From assembly GCA_963842915.1 (NCBI GenBank), contig CAWJII010000013.1:412079-476078 (forward strand): a stretch of DNA of 64,000 nt. The letters run 5' to 3'. Positions 21,097 through 29,495 of this stretch are shown one piece after another. Below the pieces are notes generated by a model. The model had not been told where the DNA came from and did not search any database. It was given only the letters and a program-made list of their open reading frames with translations. Source of the stretch: an uncultured delta proteobacterium. GTDB taxonomy: Bacteria; Myxococcota_A; Polyangia; Polyangiales; Houyiibacteriaceae. How positions within the stretch are numbered: position 1 is the first letter of the stretch; every line of letters begins with the position of its first letter. The translations under genes were made by a program, and so were the position numbers.

Positions 21097-22752
21097 CGTA
21101 AGATCGAAGGCTCGTAGCCCTCGGGGCGTTCATACCCCATGAGCTGGAAGGTCGTCGCCGAGATGTTGGCGATGCCGGGCTTCTCGATGCTGTCGTTCAG
21201 GCGCAGGCTGTCGTTGCCCGGCACGTAGACGTAGCAGGGGACCTCATTGAGCGTGTGACTCGTCTTGTTTCGAAGTCGCCCGGTGGAGCTGCGCTTGAAG
21301 TCTCCCGACTTCTTGTCGACTTCGAACATCTCGTCGCAGTTGCCGTGATCAGCGGTCACGATGAGCGCGCCGCCCAGCTGTCTCGATGGCGGGAATGAGC
21401 CGCGCCAAGCAGAGATCGACCGCTTCGACTGCAATGACTGACGCGTCGAGGTTACCGGTGTGGCCGACCATATCGCCGTTGGCGTAGTTGATGCGCCCAT
21501 GGCGCAGGCCGCCGCGTCGAAGGGCCGTGAGGGTGGCATCCGTGATTTCGGCTGCTTTCATCCAGGGACGCTGCTCGAAGGGAACCAGGTCGCTCGGGAT
21601 CTCGACGTACTCTTCGTAGACTTCGTCGAACATGCCGGTGCGGTTGCCGTTCCAGAAGTAGGTCACGTGGCCGTACTTCTGCGTCTCGCTGCATGCGAAC
21701 TGGCTGACCTGATTGCGCGCCAGGTACTCGCCCATCGTTCGATCGATGGTCGGCGGCTGCACCAGGTAGTGTCGCGGTAGCTTGAGGTCGCCGTCGTACT
21801 CCATCATGCCGACGAACTCGACGTCAGGGATCGGTCCGCGGTCGAACTCGCTGAGCTCGGGCTCGGTGAATGCGCGAGTGAGCTCGAGCGCTCGGTCGCC
21901 GCGGAAGTTGAAGAGCACGACCGCGGCGCCATCGCGAATCGGGCCGACCGGCGTGCCCTCGCCGTCCACGATCACGAAGGCCAGCAGGTCCTGGTCGATC
22001 ATGCCGGGGTTCTCGTCTCGCAGGGTCTGTATCGCCTCGGTGGCGCTCGAAAAGCCCCTGCCTTCGGCGAGGACATGGTGCTTCCAGCCGCGGTCGACCA
22101 TCGACCAGTCGGCACCGTAGCGGTCCATGGTGATGAACATGCGGCCGCCGCCCGATGCGATGCGGTAGTCGCGGCCGCCTTGCTCGTTGAGGTCGTGGAG
22201 CACTTTTTCGAGCGCTTCGACGTACTCGAGCGCGCTGGTCTCGGGCACGTCGCGCCCGTCGAGCAGGATGTGAACGCGAGCCTTCTGCACGCCCTCCTCG
22301 TTGCAGCGCCGCAGCATGGCGAAGAGGTGCTCGATGTGGCTGTGGACGTTGCCGTCCGAAAGAAGGCCGATGAAATGCATCGGCTCGCCGCTCGCGCTGA
22401 CCTGGCGAACGAGCTTCTTCCATTCGTCGCCCTCGAATATTTCGCCGCTTTCGATGGCCATTTGGACGCGCTTTGCGCCCTGATCGAAGACCCGCCCTGC
22501 TCCGAAGGCGTTGTGCCCAACCTCGCTGTTGCCCATGTCGTCGTCACTGGGCAGGCCGACAGCCGTGCCATGTGCGCGGAGTCGGGTCGTTAGAGAAATC
22601 CCCGCCAGCCTGTCCAAGGTGGGAGTCCGGGCGAGCCAGACTGCGTCGCCCTCATTGGAGGCGCCGCAACCCACGCCGTCCATGACGACGATGAGAACGG
22701 GGCCAGGGACGCCTGGGAAAGTCGGATGCTTCTTGAGTTGCCAATCGGTCAC
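21093..22752 (-). pseudogene. gpmI: 2,3-bisphosphoglycerate-independent phosphoglycerate mutase, reading frame broken once (possible assembly error)
   Basis: The N-terminal 460 aa lie in ORF 21349..22752 (...NYANGDMVGHTGN...LARLIPAIETAG). The C-terminus lies in ORF 21093..21539 (GGALIVTADHGNCDEMFE...). The frames differ by +1 and switch at the CCC run 21373-21375. Confidence 0.9.
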
Positions 22753-22814
22753 GGTGCGTTCGTAGCACAGTCGCCCCGATGTTCGACGGCCAGGAAGCAG
22801 GGTATGCTCCAGCC

Positions 22815-23177
22815 ATGATCGTCGTCACCAATCGCATCCCGGTAGCCGAGGGCTATGAAATCGATTTCGAAGACCGCTTTCGCAAGCGTGTGCACCTGGT
22901 GGACCAGGCGCCGGGCTTCTTACGAAACGAAGTGCACCGGCCTCGACCCATGGAGCTCGACCACCAGACCGGCGAGTGGACGCGCGGGCCCGCTGCTAGT
23001 GGCTACTACGAAGTGAAGACTTGGTGGGAGTCGTTCGACGACTTCGTCGCCTGGACAACCAGCCCTTCGTTTGCCGAGGCGCACAGGAACCGCCCACCCA
23101 AGGAGATGTTCCGCGGCCCAAACGAGCTCACTATCCACGAGGTGTTTCTGAGTACCGACGACCCGGAGACGCTATGA
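22815..23177 (+). CDS. Antibiotic-biosynthesis-monooxygenase (ABM) fold protein, IsdG/HmoB-like heme-degrading monooxygenase family
   Basis: Trimmed to MIVVTNRIPVAEGYEIDFEDRF... The Asn/Trp/His positions (VTNRI, KTWWES, FAEAH) are arranged as in the IsdG family. Confidence 0.65.
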   Translation: MIVVTNRIPVAEGYEIDFEDRFRKRVHLVDQAPGFLRNEVHRPRPMELDHQTGEWTRGPAASGYYEVKTWWESFDDFVAWTTSPSFAEAHRNRPPKEMFRGPNELTIHEVFLSTDDPETL

Positions 23178-24052
23178 GCGAGCTCGCCGATGATAACGCC
23201 GGCTTCGTAGAGTGCTGGAACGAAATCCTGACGCCAAAGTGGATACGGTTTCGGCATCTGCTTTCCGGCAATGGCAAGATTCACAGCGACATCGCCTATG
23301 ACGACTTCGGAATTCGCGAAGGCGACAAGGTGCTCGACATTGGCTGCGGCTTTGGAGAAACGGCGCTCGAAATCGCCGAAATTGTGGGCCCGAGGGGAGA
23401 AGTCGTGGGCATCGATTGCACTGACGCGTTTCTCGACATCGCAAACCAGGAGCGGGACTGGGCCGGCGCAGGCAACGTTCGTTACCGGGTGGGCGATGCG
23501 CAGGTCTGTGACCTTCCCGAAGCCTACTTCGACGTGGCCTACTCGCGTTTCGGCGTGATGTTCTTCCAGAGCGCGGTGCAGGCTCTTCGAAATGCAAACT
23601 ACGCGCTCAAGCCGGGAGGCAAGGTATGTCTAATCGTCTGGCGCGCGCTTGCCGACAACCCTTGCTGGGGGGCAGCCAAAGAGGTCGTGCTTCGCCACCT
23701 TCCGACTCCGGGCGATGACGGATCGACCTGCGGCCCGGGCCCTTTCTCGATGGCAGGCGAGGAGACCAGCCGCGGGATGCTCGCAGCGGCCGGCTTCTCG
23801 GAGGTCGAGGTCTTCAAACGCATCGACGCGGATGTCTGTGTCGGGAACGACATCGAGCAAGCGATCGACTACCAGATACTGGTCGGCCCCTCCGGGGAGA
23901 TCGTTCGAGAGGCCGGGAAGGAGGGCCAACGCAAGCTGCCCGAGATCCGCCGGGACTTGCGCGCGCTCATGGAGCCCTTTGTGCGCGACGGCGGCGTGTT
24001 CATGCCCTCGAGCACCTGGGGGATCATGGCGCGGAAGTCGACGGGCGCGTAG
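23174..24052 (+). CDS. Class I SAM-dependent methyltransferase
   Basis: Trimmed to ATG 23174, which overlaps the upstream stop (ATGA). SAM motif I is VLDIGCGFGE, followed by ...ALKPGGKVCLIVW. Confidence 0.85.
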   Translation: MSELADDNAGFVECWNEILTPKWIRFRHLLSGNGKIHSDIAYDDFGIREGDKVLDIGCGFGETALEIAEIVGPRGEVVGIDCTDAFLDIANQERDWAGAGNVRYRVGDAQVCDLPEAYFDVAYSRFGVMFFQSAVQALRNANYALKPGGKVCLIVWRALADNPCWGAAKEVVLRHLPTPGDDGSTCGPGPFSMAGEETSRGMLAAAGFSEVEVFKRIDADVCVGNDIEQAIDYQILVGPSGEIVREAGKEGQRKLPEIRRDLRALMEPFVRDGGVFMPSSTWGIMARKSTGA

Positions 24053-24074
24053 GGGCGCAGCCGCGGGACAATCT

Positions 24075-24102
24075 GCCGCCCGAGGCGTTGCGGCCCATTT
24101 TT
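24075..24102 (+). terminator. Weak candidate intrinsic terminator after the methyltransferase gene
   Basis: GCCGC-(10 nt)-GCGGC followed by CCATTTTT. The stem is short, so confidence is low. Confidence 0.25.
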
Positions 24103-24124
24103 GGTCATCGTTCGGTCATTACGC

Positions 24125-24160
24125 TTGACCGGAATAGAACTTGTTCTAAACTAAGTTTAG
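24125..24160 (+). promoter_or_regulatory. Candidate sigma-70-type promoter overlapped by two adjacent perfect palindromes (putative operator)
   Basis: TTGACC (24125-24130), a 16-nt spacer, then TAAACT (24147-24152). Palindromes are AGAAC-TT-GTTCT (24136-24147) and CTAAACT-A-AGTTTAG (24146-24160). The stretch is strikingly AT-rich for this window. Confidence 0.4.
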
Positions 24161-24180
24161 TTTACATGAAGTAAAGTTAT

Positions 24181-24205
24181 ATCCTCTTTCGGATATACGG
24201 AGGAT
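24181..24205 (+). promoter_or_regulatory. Hairpin that includes the P450 Shine-Dalgarno sequence
   Basis: ATCCTC (24181-24186) pairs with GAGGAT (24200-24205). GGAGGA (24199-24204) is the only SD-like element ahead of the TTG start at 24209. Confidence 0.3.
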
Positions 24206-24208
24206 CCC

Positions 24209-25411
24209 TTGGAAAACAAGTGCCCAGTGAAGTTCCAGAACATCGATTTCTGCGCCCCCTCGACGCACGATAACCCGTACGAAATGTACGATTACTTCCT
24301 CGAGCACGAACCGATTCGCTTCGATGAGACGAACGGCGTCTGGGAGGTGTTCCGCTACGACGACATCGTCAGGATCGAGCGCGACACCGAGACCTTCATC
24401 AACGGCGAAGGCGTTCGGCCGAACATCCCGCCCGACCCAGGTATGATCTACCAGGACGGCGAGCAGCACAACAAGCAGCGCGCTCTCGTCTCTGCAGGCT
24501 TCACCCCGCGTCAAATGCGCAAGATGGAAGACCGGGCTCGCGAGATCGTCAAAGAGCTCGTGGACAAGATGCTCGAGAAGGACGAGGTCGAGATCGTCGC
24601 CGACCTGGCTGGGGCCCTGCCGGCGCGACTGATCGCCGACATGCTCGACATTCCGGAAGAAAAGCGCAGCTCGGTGATGACCTGGATCAACCAAATCATA
24701 ATTGGTGGATGCGGCCCCGAGTACGTCTCCGACGAGGTCAACGACGCGTTCGAGAATTTCTGCAACCACCACGAAGAGATGTATCAGGATCGAATGGCCG
24801 CTGGCTGCACGGGCAGTGACCTCCTGACCATCTGGATCAACGCGGAGATCAATGGCGAGAAGCTCGACGAGTCACAGCTCCTGTTCGAGCACGTCTTGCT
24901 AAACGTCGGTGGCGCGGAGACGACGCGCAGCGCGATTGCGGGCGGCCTCGAGCGGCTCTCCGAAGATCCCAAGCAGTACGATGCGCTCTACGAAGACCCT
25001 TCGCTCATTCCGAACGCGGTGGAAGAGATCATCCGCTGGGTCTGCCCGTTCGTAAACATGTACCGGACCGCCACGCGGGACTACGAAATTCACGGCAAGG
25101 TGATCAAAGAAGGCCAACAGGTCGGGCTGACCTACCCCGCAGCGAACCGCGACCCAAGCAAGTTCAAGGACCCGCACACCTTCAACATCTTCCGGGATTT
25201 CTCGAAGGAGGCGAAGCATCTCTCCTTCGGTCTGGGTCCGCACTTCTGCTTGGGCGCCTCGCTCGCACGCATGGAGATTCGGCTCTCACTCGAAGAGATA
25301 ACACAGCGTGTGAAGCGGATTCGGATTCCCGAAGGCAAGTCGGTCGAGTACGTTTCCTCTTCGTTCACTCGCGGCCTCATCAAGTTCCCGGCGATCCTCG
25401 AGCCCCGCTGA
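24209..25411 (+). CDS. Cytochrome P450
   Basis: 400 aa with I-helix GGAETTR, the EEIIRW (ExxR) motif and heme-thiolate loop FGLGPHFCLG. TTG start with an upstream GGAGGA. Confidence 0.95.
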   Translation: MENKCPVKFQNIDFCAPSTHDNPYEMYDYFLEHEPIRFDETNGVWEVFRYDDIVRIERDTETFINGEGVRPNIPPDPGMIYQDGEQHNKQRALVSAGFTPRQMRKMEDRAREIVKELVDKMLEKDEVEIVADLAGALPARLIADMLDIPEEKRSSVMTWINQIIIGGCGPEYVSDEVNDAFENFCNHHEEMYQDRMAAGCTGSDLLTIWINAEINGEKLDESQLLFEHVLLNVGGAETTRSAIAGGLERLSEDPKQYDALYEDPSLIPNAVEEIIRWVCPFVNMYRTATRDYEIHGKVIKEGQQVGLTYPAANRDPSKFKDPHTFNIFRDFSKEAKHLSFGLGPHFCLGASLARMEIRLSLEEITQRVKRIRIPEGKSVEYVSSSFTRGLIKFPAILEPR

Positions 25412-25423
25412 GGAGAATGCCAC

Positions 25424-25822
25424 GTGGCCTCCGACGCCGCAGAACAAAAGACGCCGTATGAGCTGCTCGGGCGCGACGAAGGTGTCCGAAAGCTCACGGC
25501 GGATTTCTACGAGCTGATGGACACGCTGCCCGAGGCCGCGAAAATCCGCGCGATGCACAAGGGCGACCTGGGCGAGATCACCGACAAGCTCGGGACCTTT
25601 CTGATCGGCTGGCTCGGAGGGCCGCAACGATATCAGGAGCGCTTCGGCCGTGTGATCATTCCGCTAGCCCACAAGCCGTTTCCAATCGGCCCGAGCGAGC
25701 GCGACCAGTGGCTCCTCTGCATGCACGGAGCGCTCGAAAAGACTGCGCTCGATGCATCGATGAAAGCGCGACTGATGGATTCCTTTGGACGAATGGCCGA
25801 GATGTGCCGTAGCAAAGATTGA
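25424..25822 (+). CDS. glbO: Group II truncated hemoglobin (trHbO-like)
   Basis: 132 aa: ...TPYELLGRDEGVRKLTADFYELM...FLIGWLGGPQRYQERFG...HKPFPIGPSERDQWLLCM.... This matches the 2-on-2 globin pattern. Confidence 0.85.
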   Translation: MASDAAEQKTPYELLGRDEGVRKLTADFYELMDTLPEAAKIRAMHKGDLGEITDKLGTFLIGWLGGPQRYQERFGRVIIPLAHKPFPIGPSERDQWLLCMHGALEKTALDASMKARLMDSFGRMAEMCRSKD

Positions 25823-25848
25823 TGACTGACTTCGGAAAAGGGTGACTC

Positions 25849-26040
25849 ATGAAAATCGTATTCGACAGAGACAAGTGCAAGCTGCACGCGCAATGCCGCG
25901 GGGCGGCCCCAGAGCTTTTCTCGTTTGCCGCCGACGGCAGCCTCGTGATTCTCGACGAGAACCCGCCTGAGGACCTCCGCGAGGCGCTTCAGGACGCGGT
26001 CGACGCCTGTCCGGAGCAGGCGATTTCCATAGAGGATTGA
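25849..26040 (+). CDS. Small ferredoxin (P450-associated 3Fe-4S type, CxxHxxC...CP motif)
   Basis: 63 aa: MKIVFDRDKCKLHAQCRGAAPELF...AVDACPEQAISIED. Cluster ligands are arranged CxxHxxC(x)nCP. Confidence 0.8.
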   Translation: MKIVFDRDKCKLHAQCRGAAPELFSFAADGSLVILDENPPEDLREALQDAVDACPEQAISIED

Positions 26041-26056
26041 AGTAGGTTCGCCGCCC

Positions 26057-26671
26057 ATGCCGAGACTAGCCAAGGGCCTAGTACGCGGAGAGGACGGGAT
26101 TGCACGCTGCTGGTGGGGAGCCAGCACGCCCGACTATGCGGCCTATCACGACGAGGAGTGGGGCTGGCCCGTCCGCGATGATGTTCGGCTCTTCGAAAAG
26201 ATCTGCCTCGAAGGCTTCCAGTCAGGGCTGAGCTGGCTGACGATTCTGCGCAAACGCGAGAATTTCCGTAAGGCGTTCGCCCGCTTCGACTATCACCGTG
26301 TCGCTCGCTTCAATCAGCGCAGCGTCGAACGACTTTTGCGGGATACGGGCATCGTCCGGCACCGCGGCAAGATCGAGTCGACTATCAACAACGCCCGGCG
26401 CGCGATCGAGCTCGAACACGAGTTTGGCTCTCTTTCGGCGTTCTTCTGGGAGCAGGTCCCGCCCAGAAGCGAGCGGCCGAAGCGGATGACCCGTGCGTCC
26501 CTGATGAAGCTATCGAAGACCCCCAGCTCGACGGCGCTCAGCAAGGAGCTCAAGAGCCGGGGCTGGTCTTTCGTGGGGCCGACGACCGTCTATGCCTTCA
26601 TGCAGGCTATGGGCTTGGTGAACGACCATCTGGAGGGTTGCTTCGCGCGCGAACGCATTGCAAAAGGCTAG
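26057..26671 (+). CDS. tag: DNA-3-methyladenine glycosylase I
   Basis: ...RCWWG...YAAYHDEEWGWPVRDDVRLFEKICLEGFQSGLSWLTILRKRENFRKAF... is the Tag signature. Confidence 0.92.
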   Translation: MPRLAKGLVRGEDGIARCWWGASTPDYAAYHDEEWGWPVRDDVRLFEKICLEGFQSGLSWLTILRKRENFRKAFARFDYHRVARFNQRSVERLLRDTGIVRHRGKIESTINNARRAIELEHEFGSLSAFFWEQVPPRSERPKRMTRASLMKLSKTPSSTALSKELKSRGWSFVGPTTVYAFMQAMGLVNDHLEGCFARERIAKG

Positions 26672-27716
26672 CGTGTTCGAGCTCACCAACATCTTCTATG
26701 GAAACGAAATACAACGCTGGCTGATTGCCCTGGGAGTCACCGTTGGCGTCCTGATCATCCTGCGGCTCGTCGAGCAAGTGCTGATCGTCCGGATGCAGCG
26801 GCTCGCCAAAAAGACCCAGACGATGGTCGACGACATCGTCACGGGCTCGCTGCGAAAGACAAAGCTGCTCTACCTGCTGATCGTGTCGATCTTCGTGGGC
26901 ACGCTTTCGCTGAAGTTGGAACCCGACCTCCGTTCGATCGCAATGCAAACGGCGATCATTGCGACTCTGATCCAAGGCGGGATTTGGGTCAGCACCGGGC
27001 TGAAGATCTGGCTCGAACACTACCGAAAGACCGAAGAGGACGGCGCGAACCGCACGACGATGAACGCGCTGAGCTTCATCGCGAGGCTGCTGCTCTGGAT
27101 CACGGTCTTTCTCCTGGTCATCGACAATCTCGGGATCGACGTCACGGCCCTGGTTGCCGGCATGGGCATCGGCGGCATTGCGATCGCGCTTGCCGTGCAG
27201 AACATCCTCGGCGACCTCTTCGCCTCGCTCTCGATCGTCTTGGACAAGCCTTTCGTCAATGGCGATTTCATCGTGGTGGGCGACCTGGCCGGCTCAGTCG
27301 AGCACGTCGGCATCAAGACCACGCGCATCCGTAGCATTTCCGGCGAGCAACTGGTCTTCTCCAACTCGGATCTTCTGCAAAGCCGTATCCGGAACTTCGG
27401 CCGGATGGAGCAGCGCCGGGTGGTGTTCTCGCTGGGGGTCACCTATCAGACGCCCGCCGAAAAGCTCGAACGGATTCCGTCGCTGATCGAGGCCGCGGTC
27501 GAGGCACAGGAGCAGGTCCGTTTCGACCGCAGCCATTTTGCCTCCTACGGCGATTCTTCGCTCAATTTCGAGACCGTCTACTACGTCGAGAGCTCGGACT
27601 ACGCCCAGCACATGGACATCTTGCAGGCGGTCAACCTCCGTATCTACAGGACCTTCGAGGACGAGGGCATCGAGTTCGCCTACCCGACGCAAACCTTGTT
27701 CATGGCCAAGGAATAG
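26658..27716 (+). CDS. Mechanosensitive ion channel family protein (MscS-like)
   Basis: N-terminal TM helices, then the MscS core GIGGIAIALAVQNILGDLFASLSIVLDKPFVNGDFIVVGDLAGSVEHVGIKTTRIRS. It overlaps the tag 3' end by 14 nt. Confidence 0.9.
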   Translation: MQKASVFELTNIFYGNEIQRWLIALGVTVGVLIILRLVEQVLIVRMQRLAKKTQTMVDDIVTGSLRKTKLLYLLIVSIFVGTLSLKLEPDLRSIAMQTAIIATLIQGGIWVSTGLKIWLEHYRKTEEDGANRTTMNALSFIARLLLWITVFLLVIDNLGIDVTALVAGMGIGGIAIALAVQNILGDLFASLSIVLDKPFVNGDFIVVGDLAGSVEHVGIKTTRIRSISGEQLVFSNSDLLQSRIRNFGRMEQRRVVFSLGVTYQTPAEKLERIPSLIEAAVEAQEQVRFDRSHFASYGDSSLNFETVYYVESSDYAQHMDILQAVNLRIYRTFEDEGIEFAYPTQTLFMAKE

Positions 27717-27804
27717 TCGCCGGATCTCAGGCACCTCGCCGTTTTCTGAAACATCTGGCCCGCTCTGGCGTTAACAGGGCTGAGCCTTAGATGAAGGATT
27801 GGCG

Positions 27805-28965
27805 ATGAAGAGCAGGCGCACGATTGCATTGGGACTTCCGATCTTGGTAGCGGCGATTTTGGTCGCCATCGGAATGACTTCGACGCGCGCGGATTCGGCG
27901 CCCCCCAAGGACAAGCAAGCCGATACGCCGGCGAAAGATGGCAAGCTCGCGAAGGCGACTTTCGCCGGCGGGTGTTTCTGGTGCATGGAAGCGCCGTTCG
28001 AGAAGCTCGACGGTGTCGTGAGCGTCACCTCGGGTTACACGGGTGGCACGGAGACTGCGCCGTCGTATCCGGAAGTCAGCTCCGGGCGCACGGGCCATGT
28101 CGAAGCTGTTCAGGTGAAGTACGACCCGACCGTCGTTTCGTACGAGTACCTGCTGAAGGTTTTCTGGAGACAGATCGACCCGACTGACGATGGCGGACAG
28201 TTCGCCGACCGAGGGAAGCAGTATCGCACCGCGATCTTCGCGTACGACCGGGAGCAACACAGGCTTGCGGAGGCCTCGAAACGTGAGCTCGCAAAGACTG
28301 GTGTCTTCAAGGCGCCGATCCTGACCGAAGTTCGATGGGCCGTGCCGTTCTACGCCGCAGAGGTCTATCATCAGGACTACTACAAGAAGAATCCGAGTAA
28401 CTACAAGCGCTACCGCGCCGGATCAGGGCGCGAAGCTTTTCTAAAATCAGTTTGGGGAAAGAGGCCGCTCGAAGCGCCGAAGAAACCCAAAGCCGCAGGG
28501 AACAAATCAATGTCTGACAAGAGCAAGTCGTACCAGAAGCCGCCCCAGGCCGAGCTACAGAAGGAGCTGACGCCGCTGCAGTACACGGTCACCCAGAAAG
28601 AAGGCACCGAGCCGCCTTTCCGAAACGTGTATTGGGACAACAAGAAAGATGGCATCTATGTCGACGTCGTCACTGGAGAGCCGCTCTTCAGCTCGACCGA
28701 CAAATACGACAGCGGAACGGGCTGGCCGAGCTTCACCAAGCCGCTCGACAAAGAGAACGTTACCGAGCACGTCGACCGCAAGCTCATGTCGACCCGAACC
28801 GAGGTCCGGAGCAAGGCCGGCGACAGCCACCTAGGCCACGTCTTCGAGGACGGACCGGCGCCGACGGGGATGCGTTACTGCATCAACAGCGCTTCGCTGC
28901 GGTTCATCGCGAAGGAAGACCTGGCCAAGGAAGGCTACGGCGAGTACCTGTCGCTCTTCGAATAG
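27805..28965 (+). CDS. msrAB: Bifunctional peptide-methionine (S)/(R)-S-oxide reductase MsrA/MsrB, with N-terminal signal/anchor
   Basis: MsrA motif GGCFWCME. MsrB motifs GTGWPSF and [10 protein letters not shown]-terminal hydrophobic segment. An alternative TTG start lies at 27799. Confidence 0.93.
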   Translation: MKSRRTIALGLPILVAAILVAIGMTSTRADSAPPKDKQADTPAKDGKLAKATFAGGCFWCMEAPFEKLDGVVSVTSGYTGGTETAPSYPEVSSGRTGHVEAVQVKYDPTVVSYEYLLKVFWRQIDPTDDGGQFADRGKQYRTAIFAYDREQHRLAEASKRELAKTGVFKAPILTEVRWAVPFYAAEVYHQDYYKKNPSNYKRYRAGSGREAFLKSVWGKRPLEAPKKPKAAGNKSMSDKSKSYQKPPQAELQKELTPLQYTVTQKEGTEPPFRNVYWDNKKDGIYVDVVTGEPLFSSTDKYDSGTGWPSFTKPLDKENVTEHVDRKLMSTRTEVRSKAGDSHLGHVFEDGPAPTGMRYCINSASLRFIAKEDLAKEGYGEYLSLFE

Positions 28966-29063
28966 ACGGTGAGGCTTCGGGATCGGATCAGGCCCTGGGT
29001 CTAGGACTGGGCCTTGGATTGCGACCTATCCCCATATTCGGCGCTGGTGCTATTGTCCTGCTG

Positions 29064-29495
29064 ATGTCGTTGCTTGGTAGAGGCTTGTCGCTCGTCTGGG
29101 AGGCACCGCAGACCGTCCTCGGTGCCGCGATGCTTGGGGCCGAGGCCGCCCGGAAGCGCATCGTGAACATCGAGGTCGAGGAAGGACGCCTGGTCGTCGA
29201 GTCTACCGGGACGGGAATCTCGCTCGGACACATCGTATTCTGGAGCCGCGAAGACAGCCGCTGGCACGACCTGGACGTTCGGAATCGCGCGCACGAGCTC
29301 GGCCATTGCCAGCAGTCACGCTTTCTGGGCTGGCTCTACTTGCCCCTGGTGGGCTTGCCGTCTATTTCTCGAGCAGCTTACGCCCTGCTGTTTCGCGAAG
29401 TGACCGGCCGTCAGTGGACCCGGTACTATGAGGGCTATCCGGAGAACTGGGCCGACCGCCTCGGCGGCGTCATTCGCAAGAGAGAACAAAGCTGA
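29064..29495 (+). CDS. Small hydrophobic protein with HExxH motif (function unknown)
   Basis: This is the part of track ORF 28632..29495 downstream of msrAB. ATG 29064 is used; an in-frame TTG at 29019 would add the TM-like IPIFGAGAIVLL. Motif AHELGHCQQ. The stop overlaps the radical SAM start (TGATG). Confidence 0.5.
   Translation: MSLLGRGLSLVWEAPQTVLGAAMLGAEAARKRIVNIEVEEGRLVVESTGTGISLGHIVFWSREDSRWHDLDVRNRAHELGHCQQSRFLGWLYLPLVGLPSISRAAYALLFREVTGRQWTRYYEGYPENWADRLGGVIRKREQS

Noticed and set aside
24146-24772. 208-aa ORF on the minus strand spanning the P450 promoter and 5' part.
   Set aside because: It is antisense to a P450 with all canonical motifs. The translation has no recognisable family features, and its 3' end runs through the AT-rich operator region.
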